From a virus, in IMG/VR virus record IMGVR_UViG_3300010885_015027, positions 12,733 through 76,732 of that record: a DNA stretch of 64,000 nt; one strand, 5' to 3'. The translations under genes and the position numbers were made by a program. This document shows, piece after piece, positions 29,567 through 38,009 of the stretch; within the stretch, counting starts at the first letter, position 1; each line of letters begins with the position of its first letter. The notes below the pieces were generated by a model, which worked only from the letters and a program-made list of their open reading frames with translations, ran no database searches and was not told the DNA's origin.

Positions 29567-30621
29567 GATTTAACAGCCTCGATATATAGATCTGATAAGA
29601 GTATCTCTAGCTCTTTAATTTTATCTTCATCTGGAATCAAATCTGTGTAATCAGATATAGAATTCTTCAATAGAGTTAATGTATCTTCAGATAAATCTGC
29701 AACTTCTTCAGAAGATTCAATTTCTAGATATTGTTCTGCATAGATAACTGATTGTGGATTAGATTCTGTTAATCTATCACAATATCTATCGAAAAATAAT
29801 GGATTCGTTTTCGATTTAATCAAGACTTTTACGAATGTCTTTTCATATGACTTATAGCGAGTATCAGAGTACAGAACATCTTGAAGCTTCTGCGCAGAAG
29901 AATCATCATAATATAATTTATAGAATAATTTATAAGGGTTCTCAATAAAAGTCAACTCAGTTGTTTCTGTATCTAAGATATGAAATCCTTTCACATCATC
30001 AACATCATTGAACATTAAATCCCAAGGACACCCTAGATAATAGATATTAGAAGAATTGTTTTTTGCATGAAAGTGACCAGATAAGACTAGATCATAATTA
30101 TAGAAGATATCTGAAGAGAGACCATGATCGCAGACAGCTCCCTTGAACATGGTGTATCCTTTAACTTCAAGATGACCAAGAAGGATATTTGCTTTCGATT
30201 TAGATATCGTCTCTAGAACTTCTTTCTGTCTATCTTCTGTAATCCATGGAACATAGATTAGATTATCTTCTTCATAAACATCGTCGAAAATTCGAATATT
30301 GTCATAATCACTTAATAGAAGATCAGGGGAATTAATGTCATTTGTATTCTTGAAATAAGTATCATGATTGCCTATGATAATATCCATAGTCGCAACTTCT
30401 GCAATTCTATCGAAGAATGAAGACCTGGCCCAAGTCAAGGTGTTGAAGTTTACGAATTTCCTGCGATCAAACGTGTCACCAAGATGGATAATCTTGTCAA
30501 TTCCTTTTTGTTTCAATGTTGGAAAGAAAATATTATCTAAGAAGCGATCGAAATATTCGTAGAACAGAGGCGAATCATTTTTAATACCAAAATGTGTGTC
30601 CGTGATCAAAGCTACTAACAT
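29563..30621 (-). CDS. 47: recombination endonuclease subunit gp47 (Mre11-like)
   Basis: TDTHFG, GDTFDRRK, GNHD, SGHFH. Confidence 0.96.
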   Translation of the reverse strand: MLVALITDTHFGIKNDSPLFYEYFDRFLDNIFFPTLKQKGIDKIIHLGDTFDRRKFVNFNTLTWARSSFFDRIAEVATMDIIIGNHDTYFKNTNDINSPDLLLSDYDNIRIFDDVYEEDNLIYVPWITEDRQKEVLETISKSKANILLGHLEVKGYTMFKGAVCDHGLSSDIFYNYDLVLSGHFHAKNNSSNIYYLGCPWDLMFNDVDDVKGFHILDTETTELTFIENPYKLFYKLYYDDSSAQKLQDVLYSDTRYKSYEKTFVKVLIKSKTNPLFFDRYCDRLTESNPQSVIYAEQYLEIESSEEVADLSEDTLTLLKNSISDYTDLIPDEDKIKELEILLSDLYIEAVKS

Positions 30622-31176
30622 TTATTCCATGAACTCCTCTAACTTTGTTAGATTCTGAATCACTTCTTTGATTTTCTTTCTTCTTAATTGCCTTTCTTCA
30701 TATTTCTGGATAATATGATGAGTATTCTCATTTAAAACTGATTTATTGAGATTAACGAATTTCTTTGATTCCATCTTATGATCTGTGAACAGAGGAGAAG
30801 CTTCTAAAGACTTAAATTTAACGTATGTCTCAGTGGACTCCTGTTCAATTCTTCGTAAGAAGGCATACCAAATAATCTTAGAGAAATATCCGAATGGATT
30901 CTTTGAAAGCTTCTCATTAAAGTTATGAAGATAAAGAAGGCAATTCTGAATTGCGTCACCTATCATATCTTCTTTAAAAGTGTATCCAGAAAAATTCGGT
31001 CTCTTTGCAATATTCTCTGTTATCTTAAGAAGACACTCACCAATGTATTCAGGAACTCGTGGTTTTGGTGATTCTGATCTTAGAGCTTCAGCAATTTCAA
31101 TTTTATAAGATATAAGTGCTTCTAAAAATTCTATATTATTTACATAATCTCGTGACATTATATGATTCTCCAGCAC
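30622..31176 (-). CDS. 55: late sigma factor gp55
   Basis: YVNN.EF, YIGEC, PNFSGYTFKEDMIGDA, NPFGYF...AFLRRI. Confidence 0.95.
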   Translation of the reverse strand: MLENHIMSRDYVNNIEFLEALISYKIEIAEALRSESPKPRVPEYIGECLLKITENIAKRPNFSGYTFKEDMIGDAIQNCLLYLHNFNEKLSKNPFGYFSKIIWYAFLRRIEQESTETYVKFKSLEASPLFTDHKMESKKFVNLNKSVLNENTHHIIQKYEERQLRRKKIKEVIQNLTKLEEFME

Positions 31177-31240
31177 ATACAGTATATTTATATTATAGCT
31201 GTTTTACGCAAAAATGTCAAGATCGTGTTTTCATATTTCT

Positions 31241-31759
31241 CTACACCGCAATGTTATTTTTGAATATAATGTATTTACTATTATCTCTGATAGATGTCTT
31301 GTCAAATTGTCCGCTTTTACCATCTATATAGAAACCACTAGGATCGAGTATCTCATTTCTCAAGATCTCCACCCAACTGTGTGGAATTAATTTGAATTCA
31401 TTCTCTAATCCATTATCTTGAACCCATAGCTTAATTGATTCCACGGAATCAGGATCGAACCCAGAATCTATCATTTTTCTTCTGTCAGAATTAGTTAATG
31501 CGTCTGGGGTATATTCTGGCGAGTCAGATAGAAACCAACCATTTTGTTTAAATCCATTCTTATCAATATATCCAGTTTTGACTATCTCATTATTCATCTT
31601 CTTTCTATAGAGAAATTCGGAAAGATCTTTACTGGCTATTCCACAACCACCTCGTATAAAATAATCCTTGAGATAATCCTCATGCTCATTCCAAAAATCA
31701 ATTAGATTCTTATTAAATGCAGTATTTTCTTTGAGGAATTGTTTGAAAGATTTAGGCAT
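31241..31759 (-). CDS. putative internal head protein (leader MPKSFKQFLKE)
   Basis: capsid-targeting-like leader; GGCG...HSWVE..EILDP resembles a Cys-His-Asp papain/transglutaminase-like triad. Confidence 0.55.
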   Translation of the reverse strand: MPKSFKQFLKENTAFNKNLIDFWNEHEDYLKDYFIRGGCGIASKDLSEFLYRKKMNNEIVKTGYIDKNGFKQNGWFLSDSPEYTPDALTNSDRRKMIDSGFDPDSVESIKLWVQDNGLENEFKLIPHSWVEILRNEILDPSGFYIDGKSGQFDKTSIRDNSKYIIFKNNIAV

Positions 31760-31767
31760 ATAAATAT

Positions 31768-32163
31768 TCAGTTTTTCACAAAAGTAGAAAAGAGATTAAT
31801 CAATAGTGTTAAGAAAGATAAGCCACCGATGATCATCCACTTAGATTTTTCTAATTCAGTTATTCGTGTTTCAATTGTCGTCTTTTCGGATTGCATCTTA
31901 ATTTTTACTTCATCAATTTCTTCCCAAACATATCTAAAATTCGTTTCCGAATCTGTGATTTTTTGTTGATGTTGTGATGTGATTAATGTGATATTGTTTA
32001 TAAGTTCTTGGATCTTATCGTTTGTGGTGTCTAATTTATCGACTAATTTCTGAAATTGTTGAATATCTTTCTTTATTAATTCAACTTGAACTTTAATTTC
32101 TTGGATATCTTTTTCCATTTGTTCTAGACCTATATTCATTATACACCTACTTCGAAAATGCAA
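31768..32163 (-). CDS. coiled-coil protein with C-terminal TM segment
   Basis: heptads; RITELEKSKWMIIGG followed by TM; start probably the internal MNIG. Confidence 0.6.
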   Translation of the reverse strand: MHFRSRCIMNIGLEQMEKDIQEIKVQVELIKKDIQQFQKLVDKLDTTNDKIQELINNITLITSQHQQKITDSETNFRYVWEEIDEVKIKMQSEKTTIETRITELEKSKWMIIGGLSFLTLLINLFSTFVKN

Positions 32164-33145
32164 GTTTTCTTTTGAAGATTTTAAATGTTAGAGGTTTTGC
32201 GTAAGTGGCAATATTTGCTGTTGAATTCGCAGGGATATCTTCTGTTCGTACTGTCTTCTGATATTTTTCAATATCTTTTAACAGTTTTTCTATACTATCA
32301 CCATTTCTAATTAATTTATATTTAATATCTTTCTTATCTGATTTTCCCAAAAGATCATAGTTGAAATATTTAACATCATCTAATGATATAGAGTGGTTGA
32401 AAATTTTGTATATATCTAGAGACTTTGTCCTAATATAATTCTTAATATTGTCTACACCTTTCACAATTAAATCTTTATCAGTTAATGTAGTACATTGAAT
32501 ATTTAGCACTGCATGACCGTCTAATGAAAATTTTATATAGCCATCATCATAAGCTGCAAATTTCCCTCCACTTGTTTTTGAATATTTGTTATAGAGGGAA
32601 TCATGATTATACCACTCACCATATGCTATTCTCATAGTTTCATCTGGGAGCAACAAAGCACCGTTCGGTTTAATCCATCCCCAAAATTTATACCAATCAC
32701 TCATTTCAAATCGTTCTCTAAGTGGTTCGACTTCTTCATGAGACAGAATTAGATTAAAATTTGGTGGGAACAACAGAGGTAGGATATTTTCATTTGCTTC
32801 GGCATTATATGAAATTGTTATGTGTGGTTTGTAAGTATCATAGTCATAAGAAGCACCAGCATCTAATGCTGATTTATGTATTTCTTCTAATTCGTCTGAA
32901 GTCACTTCTAGAACTAAAGCACGACCATAAGTTGCAATAGAAAACTCTTTATAATCTAATATAATATTAGTCTTGTTTGATGGTAATATTTCTCGTTTAG
33001 GATCAACTTTGGAATAAGTAGTTGTTATGTGTAAATCTTTTGTATCTATCGGTTCGATAATTTCAGAATCAATTATCCATTCAGCCACCATCTCTGCCGA
33101 TGCCTGAGTTAATTTGAAACTGCCATAAACGCCTTCTAGTATCAT
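32147..33145 (-). CDS. acb1: Acb1/gp57B-like 2H phosphoesterase fused to a WGWI domain
   Basis: two HxT motifs (LHITTTYS, YKPHITISY), ALVL...H...GASYDY. Confidence 0.78.
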   Translation of the reverse strand: MILEGVYGSFKLTQASAEMVAEWIIDSEIIEPIDTKDLHITTTYSKVDPKREILPSNKTNIILDYKEFSIATYGRALVLEVTSDELEEIHKSALDAGASYDYDTYKPHITISYNAEANENILPLLFPPNFNLILSHEEVEPLRERFEMSDWYKFWGWIKPNGALLLPDETMRIAYGEWYNHDSLYNKYSKTSGGKFAAYDDGYIKFSLDGHAVLNIQCTTLTDKDLIVKGVDNIKNYIRTKSLDIYKIFNHSISLDDVKYFNYDLLGKSDKKDIKYKLIRNGDSIEKLLKDIEKYQKTVRTEDIPANSTANIATYAKPLTFKIFKRKLAFSK

Positions 33146-33531
33146 TACATTTCCTTTAATTTTTCTAATAAATTGTTATCTATCGATATTGATGATGGTG
33201 TTATTGTTCTACCATTTATTCCTATTATTTCATGTGGCATCAATGATAGATATAATAATATAGTTGCTAATGCATTCCACGAAGAATCGGAAAATTCGGT
33301 GAATAGAATCTTGGAAGTCGCTTCTCCAGGAAAAACATTATGGATGCATATTATATGATTTATCAGAATACGAATATTAATTTTCTTGTTATTTAAGTAT
33401 TTATATAACAGTGTCTTTAGGTATTTGATTCTAAGATAATCTTCTTCGAATTCTAAAAACGAAGCGCAGCCAGGATTTCGGTAAACACTGGCTGCGTATA
33501 ATTTAACATTATCTTTTGTAAGATTGATCAT
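33145..33531 (-). CDS. conserved T4-like hypothetical protein
   Basis: Y.NP.C....EF.ED..RIKYLK.L..KY, LINHII...NVF pattern. Confidence 0.7.
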   Translation of the reverse strand: MINLTKDNVKLYAASVYRNPGCASFLEFEEDYLRIKYLKTLLYKYLNNKKINIRILINHIICIHNVFPGEATSKILFTEFSDSSWNALATILLYLSLMPHEIIGINGRTITPSSISIDNNLLEKLKEM

Positions 33532-33562
33532 TATTAGAGACTAGGATTGTTAATGACTATCA

Positions 33563-34759
33563 TTACGATTTCTCTAAAGATTTAAACATATCATCATATC
33601 TATCTTTATAATACGATGTTCGATTAATCATTTGTTCTCCTGCCGGAAATCTTGATTTGATGATTTCTGTAGCATAATAGAATGCAGCGAAACCATATTG
33701 TGCAATTATTGGTTCTGCTTCAGGAAAAGGTTCTTGTGATATATATTGAATATAAGTTATGATATAAGCAATGTCATTGGATTTAACTAGTTCTGATTCA
33801 ACGGTCTTTCTATATTGCGCAGAGAGAAAATAAGGTTTAATAAAATTGATAATTCTTATTGATGGATCGGAGTGCTCGTCACTTAAGACATATACAATCA
33901 ATCTGTCAATATTTGAAAGCATAAAATCGACACCATCTTTAAATACAATTCCATCTGGTAGCAATAGTTGATATGTAAGTATGTTTTCGATTCTTGTATC
34001 TACAGACATCGAATTCGTTAGTAAAAACTTTTGTAAAGTTTTATGTAATGAGATATCATCGTTATATTCTCGTTCAGTAATAGGGTTCCTTTGCCTTCGC
34101 ATAATAAATTTGAGGAATAATCGATCAGGAGATGAATCTTTAATCGCTTTAATTTTGTCTATGAACGGTTTATAACTTCGAATAATATCATCAAATTTCA
34201 GTTTAGTTTGAATTCCAAATTCGTATTCTGTTATTTGTTTATCTTTCTTATCAAAAAAATTAAGTAAGTCGTCCATATCACCAGGGGAAGTTGGTATTGT
34301 TATTGCCCATTTTTCTTTCTTATCATTTAAACAAAAAATTAGATTAATACCACCAGAATAAAAATATTGATTAAAATAATCGTGTTCTCTTTTTGAGACA
34401 CACCAGTCCGTCCCAGTTCCATGATAACAACTAGATTCTTTATCTAGAGGAATTATAATATTCCAACCAGCAGATCTTTGTTCGGGTGTTGTTATATCAA
34501 TCGATTTACCAGAATCTTTTTTTACGGAAGATTTAGTAACTTCGACCTGTTTTTTATCCACAAATTCTTTAAAATTAGAGAATGGTTTCTTGGCCCAAAA
34601 ATCAATATTCTTCTCTTCACCAGCTAATTTTTGTTTGTTAGAGAGTTCCTTGAACTTCTTAATATAATCATCAACTTGAGCCTTGTCGATTCCAGAAGCA
34701 ACGAATTTCAAGGCTGTTGTTTTGTAATCTTCATCGATAAAGGATTTAAATGATAGCAT
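33563..34759 (-). CDS. putative internal head protein (leader MLSFKSFIDE) with C-terminal PFPxxE repeats
   Basis: N-terminal ~200 aa paralogous to 34746-35939; C-terminal repeats like those in 62338-63165. Confidence 0.7.
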   Translation of the reverse strand: MLSFKSFIDEDYKTTALKFVASGIDKAQVDDYIKKFKELSNKQKLAGEEKNIDFWAKKPFSNFKEFVDKKQVEVTKSSVKKDSGKSIDITTPEQRSAGWNIIIPLDKESSCYHGTGTDWCVSKREHDYFNQYFYSGGINLIFCLNDKKEKWAITIPTSPGDMDDLLNFFDKKDKQITEYEFGIQTKLKFDDIIRSYKPFIDKIKAIKDSSPDRLFLKFIMRRQRNPITEREYNDDISLHKTLQKFLLTNSMSVDTRIENILTYQLLLPDGIVFKDGVDFMLSNIDRLIVYVLSDEHSDPSIRIINFIKPYFLSAQYRKTVESELVKSNDIAYIITYIQYISQEPFPEAEPIIAQYGFAAFYYATEIIKSRFPAGEQMINRTSYYKDRYDDMFKSLEKS

Positions 34760-35939
34760 TGTATTTCTCCAAAATTTCGTTGCCAGTTACCCTAGTATTC
34801 CCCGAGACCTCAGTATTCCCCGAGACCAATGCGTTGCCAGAGACCCGAGCGTTCCCAGAGACTTTAGAGTTCCCAGAGACTTTAGAGTTCCCAGAGACTC
34901 GAGCGTACCCAAAGACCTGAGCGTACCCAAAGACCTGAGCGTCATCAAGGACTATAGTGTATCCAAAGACCTTAGCCTTCCCAAAGACCTGAGATCTCCC
35001 AGCGACCCCAGCGGATCCAGAGACCTCTGCGTTCCCAGAGACCTCTGCGAGCCCATAGATCTCTGCGAACCCAAATACCTGAGAACTCCCAGAGACCAAT
35101 GAATTCCCAGAGACCCGAGGGTTCCCATAGACCTCAGCTTTCCCAGATACAATAGCGTAAGGACCAACGTAAGCAGTATCAGAAACCTTAGCAGTATTCT
35201 CGACCCAGCCTCCTCCGTTGGGATGACGGTGCCAAGTCTCAAGAGTAGCGTCAGGAAACTTAGTTTTCAACTCTTCTAACTTCGCAAGATTTATCTTGTT
35301 AAATTTAAGCGTTTTAATTTTGTCTATGTACGGTTTATAACTTCTAAAAATATCAGCGAATTCCAGCTCAGTTTGTTTTTCGAATTCTAATTCTGATATT
35401 TGTTTATCATTAATATCATAAAAAATAATTGTTTTTTCGTTAGATTGTATTTCTATTGCCCATTTTTCTTTCTTTTTCTTGTCATTCAAACAAAAAATTA
35501 AATTAGAATTATACTCATAAAAATATTGATTAAAGTAATCATATTTTCTTTTAGCAACACACCAATCTGACATACAGTCTAAGTTTCCATAATAAACACT
35601 TGCTTTTTTATCTAGTGGAATTATAATATTCCAACCAGCAGATCTTTGTTCGGGTGTTGTTATATTAAATGAAGTACCTTGATCTTTCTTCTCAACTTTC
35701 TTGTTCGCAACAACAGCAACTTCTTTTTCTTTTGTATCTACGAATTCTTCAAATTCAGAGAACGTCTTCTTAGCCCAAAAATCAATATTCTTCTCTTCAC
35801 CAGCTAGTTTTTGTTTGTTAGAAAGTTCCTTGAACTTCTTAATATAATCATCAACTTGGCCTTTATCAATACCAGAAGCAACGAATTTCAAGGCTGTTGT
35901 TTTATAATCTTCATCGATAAAGGATTTAAATGATAGCAT
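34746..35939 (-). CDS. putative internal head protein fused to a left-handed beta-helix module
   Basis: MLSFKSFIDE leader; C-terminal FPDATLETWHRHPNGGGWV plus hexapeptides. Confidence 0.75.
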   Translation of the reverse strand: MLSFKSFIDEDYKTTALKFVASGIDKGQVDDYIKKFKELSNKQKLAGEEKNIDFWAKKTFSEFEEFVDTKEKEVAVVANKKVEKKDQGTSFNITTPEQRSAGWNIIIPLDKKASVYYGNLDCMSDWCVAKRKYDYFNQYFYEYNSNLIFCLNDKKKKEKWAIEIQSNEKTIIFYDINDKQISELEFEKQTELEFADIFRSYKPYIDKIKTLKFNKINLAKLEELKTKFPDATLETWHRHPNGGGWVENTAKVSDTAYVGPYAIVSGKAEVYGNPRVSGNSLVSGSSQVFGFAEIYGLAEVSGNAEVSGSAGVAGRSQVFGKAKVFGYTIVLDDAQVFGYAQVFGYARVSGNSKVSGNSKVSGNARVSGNALVSGNTEVSGNTRVTGNEILEKYNAII

Positions 35940-35974
35940 TATTGATTTTTCTCCATTTATATTTTCCGGACAGA

Positions 35975-37981
35975 TTAATACTGTGTAGTATCTGTTACTT
36001 CAATTGGATTAATCGAGTGAACAACATACATCGGCATTTCTAAAGCAACAATTTCTTGTACTTCTTCAATCGATTCTGCATGAATAATAGAAGATAAAAA
36101 TCTTCTGGTTGATGGTTTGAATAAGATTACATTGAATACTTTACCTGATTCGAATTCTTCATCAAGACCTTCCATTTCGTCTTCCATCACATCAGGTTCT
36201 TCTTCGTTATCTTCTGCTCCCACTTCAAAATCAACATCAGTCAAAGCAACAGATTCTCCGTCTTCGAAATAAACCATAATCTCAGCAGAAACAGTTACTC
36301 CAGTTTCTCCTTCTGAAATTGAAGTCTTCATAAACATATCGCCTTCTAATTTCTCTTCAACAGTTTCGTCTGCAGAAAATACTGATAAGACTGCATTTCC
36401 ACCTTCGATAGAATCTAACGGAATATCACCATCAGTTAATTTGTCAAAACTTAATCCAATAGTTGAAAGAAGAGTTTTAATCTCAGTCTCGGCTTCTTCT
36501 AGAGTAGCAAATGGATTAGATGATAAGACTTCTAGACCATTAACAACATCAGTAATTGTACTAATTTCAGATAAATTTACCGACTCATTAAATTCTTTAA
36601 ATGTTTTCATTTCTTCCTCATTTGCTATGGTTGTAATTCCATCCCAAGAATCGTAACCTTGTAACCAGGCTTCCTTGGTAAAATAATGGTTAGAATATTC
36701 TTCTGGAACTTCTCGTTTCATCTCTGTTTCAGCAGATTTTTTTCCGGCATAAGTAGCTTCTCGGATCGCTTTTGCCGCTGGTAACATTCCTTTCATTTCT
36801 TTCATGACATTGATTCTGATTCTATTGTATAGAGTAGGATCTTTCTTGATATAAGAGATTAATCTATCTAATAAATCAAATAAGAGATTTCTCAGATAAG
36901 GAACTGTTCCGGCTACTTTCTTATTGGTCAAGGCTTTCTTTGCTCTACTGTAGAGCTTCTGATCAACTAAACCTAGTTTCAAAAGCATATCCAACTTAAC
37001 ATCAATAATTTCGTCAGAAGTAGCTTTCTTTTTAGAATTCTTAGGAGCTTTTGCTTCTGAGATAATCGATTCGGAAACCGATGTTACTGTGGCATTTTTA
37101 GAAACTAGTGATGCTAAATTTCTATTGTTAACAATACTATTCATTAAATCTAATAGAAAATCAATTAATGCTCTTTGATCTAATTCGCCTGTTGCTTGAT
37201 TTTCGTCCGAACCAGTTTTAATGTAATTAGTTAGGGTGTTCATAATTCTGGTTGTATCTGCAGGAGAATTAGAAAACGGGACGATTAATCTAGGTCTAAT
37301 AACAGATTTCAAAACTGCCAATTTCTTTTTGATCGTCGGATCAGTAACAGGTTCTTCGGTTTCTTCTGAATCTGAACTAACTGCTTTAGAGATTATCTCT
37401 GCTAGAGTTTCTAAATCATAAGCTTTATCATCAATTGCAACGGAAGTTTTATTGACAGATACTTTCACAGATCCTGTTTCAGAATTCCAATCGATAGATA
37501 AGGTATCACCATCAACATCGATCTCTTTTCTGGTTAATTTTTTTGTATCTGCAGGAATAGCTTTAATTGCGGTGGAAACAGAATCTTGTGTTAACTCTTC
37601 TGAAATATAATCCTGAAGAATTGCTTCAACAGCACCACGCAAAGCTTCCGGATTAGTCGCAACACCTTTGATTTCTGTATCATTCACTTTAACAGAAGAC
37701 TCATAACCATTCCAATTAATGATTATTTTATTGTCCTCTGTTCCGATTTCATAATCAGTTAACTTTTCAACATCTAATGGAATAGAATTTGTAATCTTTT
37801 CAATATCTGTGTCGGAAATTTGTTTTTTTGTGATTAACGAAGCTAGAATTAAATTCTTAGATAAAATATCTATTGATTCAATTAAATGGTTATCTGCCAC
37901 ACCAAATACTTTAGATTCTTCAGTCAATAAAGACTTATTGTGGATATTGATTTCTTTTAAAATGTTCGAAAATGTTTGCAT
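35975..37981 (-). CDS. large acidic putative internal head (poly)protein
   Basis: MQTFSNILKE leader, internal MKTFKEFNE, many (I/L)xE junctions. Confidence 0.65.
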   Translation of the reverse strand: MQTFSNILKEINIHNKSLLTEESKVFGVADNHLIESIDILSKNLILASLITKKQISDTDIEKITNSIPLDVEKLTDYEIGTEDNKIIINWNGYESSVKVNDTEIKGVATNPEALRGAVEAILQDYISEELTQDSVSTAIKAIPADTKKLTRKEIDVDGDTLSIDWNSETGSVKVSVNKTSVAIDDKAYDLETLAEIISKAVSSDSEETEEPVTDPTIKKKLAVLKSVIRPRLIVPFSNSPADTTRIMNTLTNYIKTGSDENQATGELDQRALIDFLLDLMNSIVNNRNLASLVSKNATVTSVSESIISEAKAPKNSKKKATSDEIIDVKLDMLLKLGLVDQKLYSRAKKALTNKKVAGTVPYLRNLLFDLLDRLISYIKKDPTLYNRIRINVMKEMKGMLPAAKAIREATYAGKKSAETEMKREVPEEYSNHYFTKEAWLQGYDSWDGITTIANEEEMKTFKEFNESVNLSEISTITDVVNGLEVLSSNPFATLEEAETEIKTLLSTIGLSFDKLTDGDIPLDSIEGGNAVLSVFSADETVEEKLEGDMFMKTSISEGETGVTVSAEIMVYFEDGESVALTDVDFEVGAEDNEEEPDVMEDEMEGLDEEFESGKVFNVILFKPSTRRFLSSIIHAESIEEVQEIVALEMPMYVVHSINPIEVTDTTQY

Positions 37982-38009
37982 CGTGTTTCCTTTAATCTAT
38001 TTATTAATT

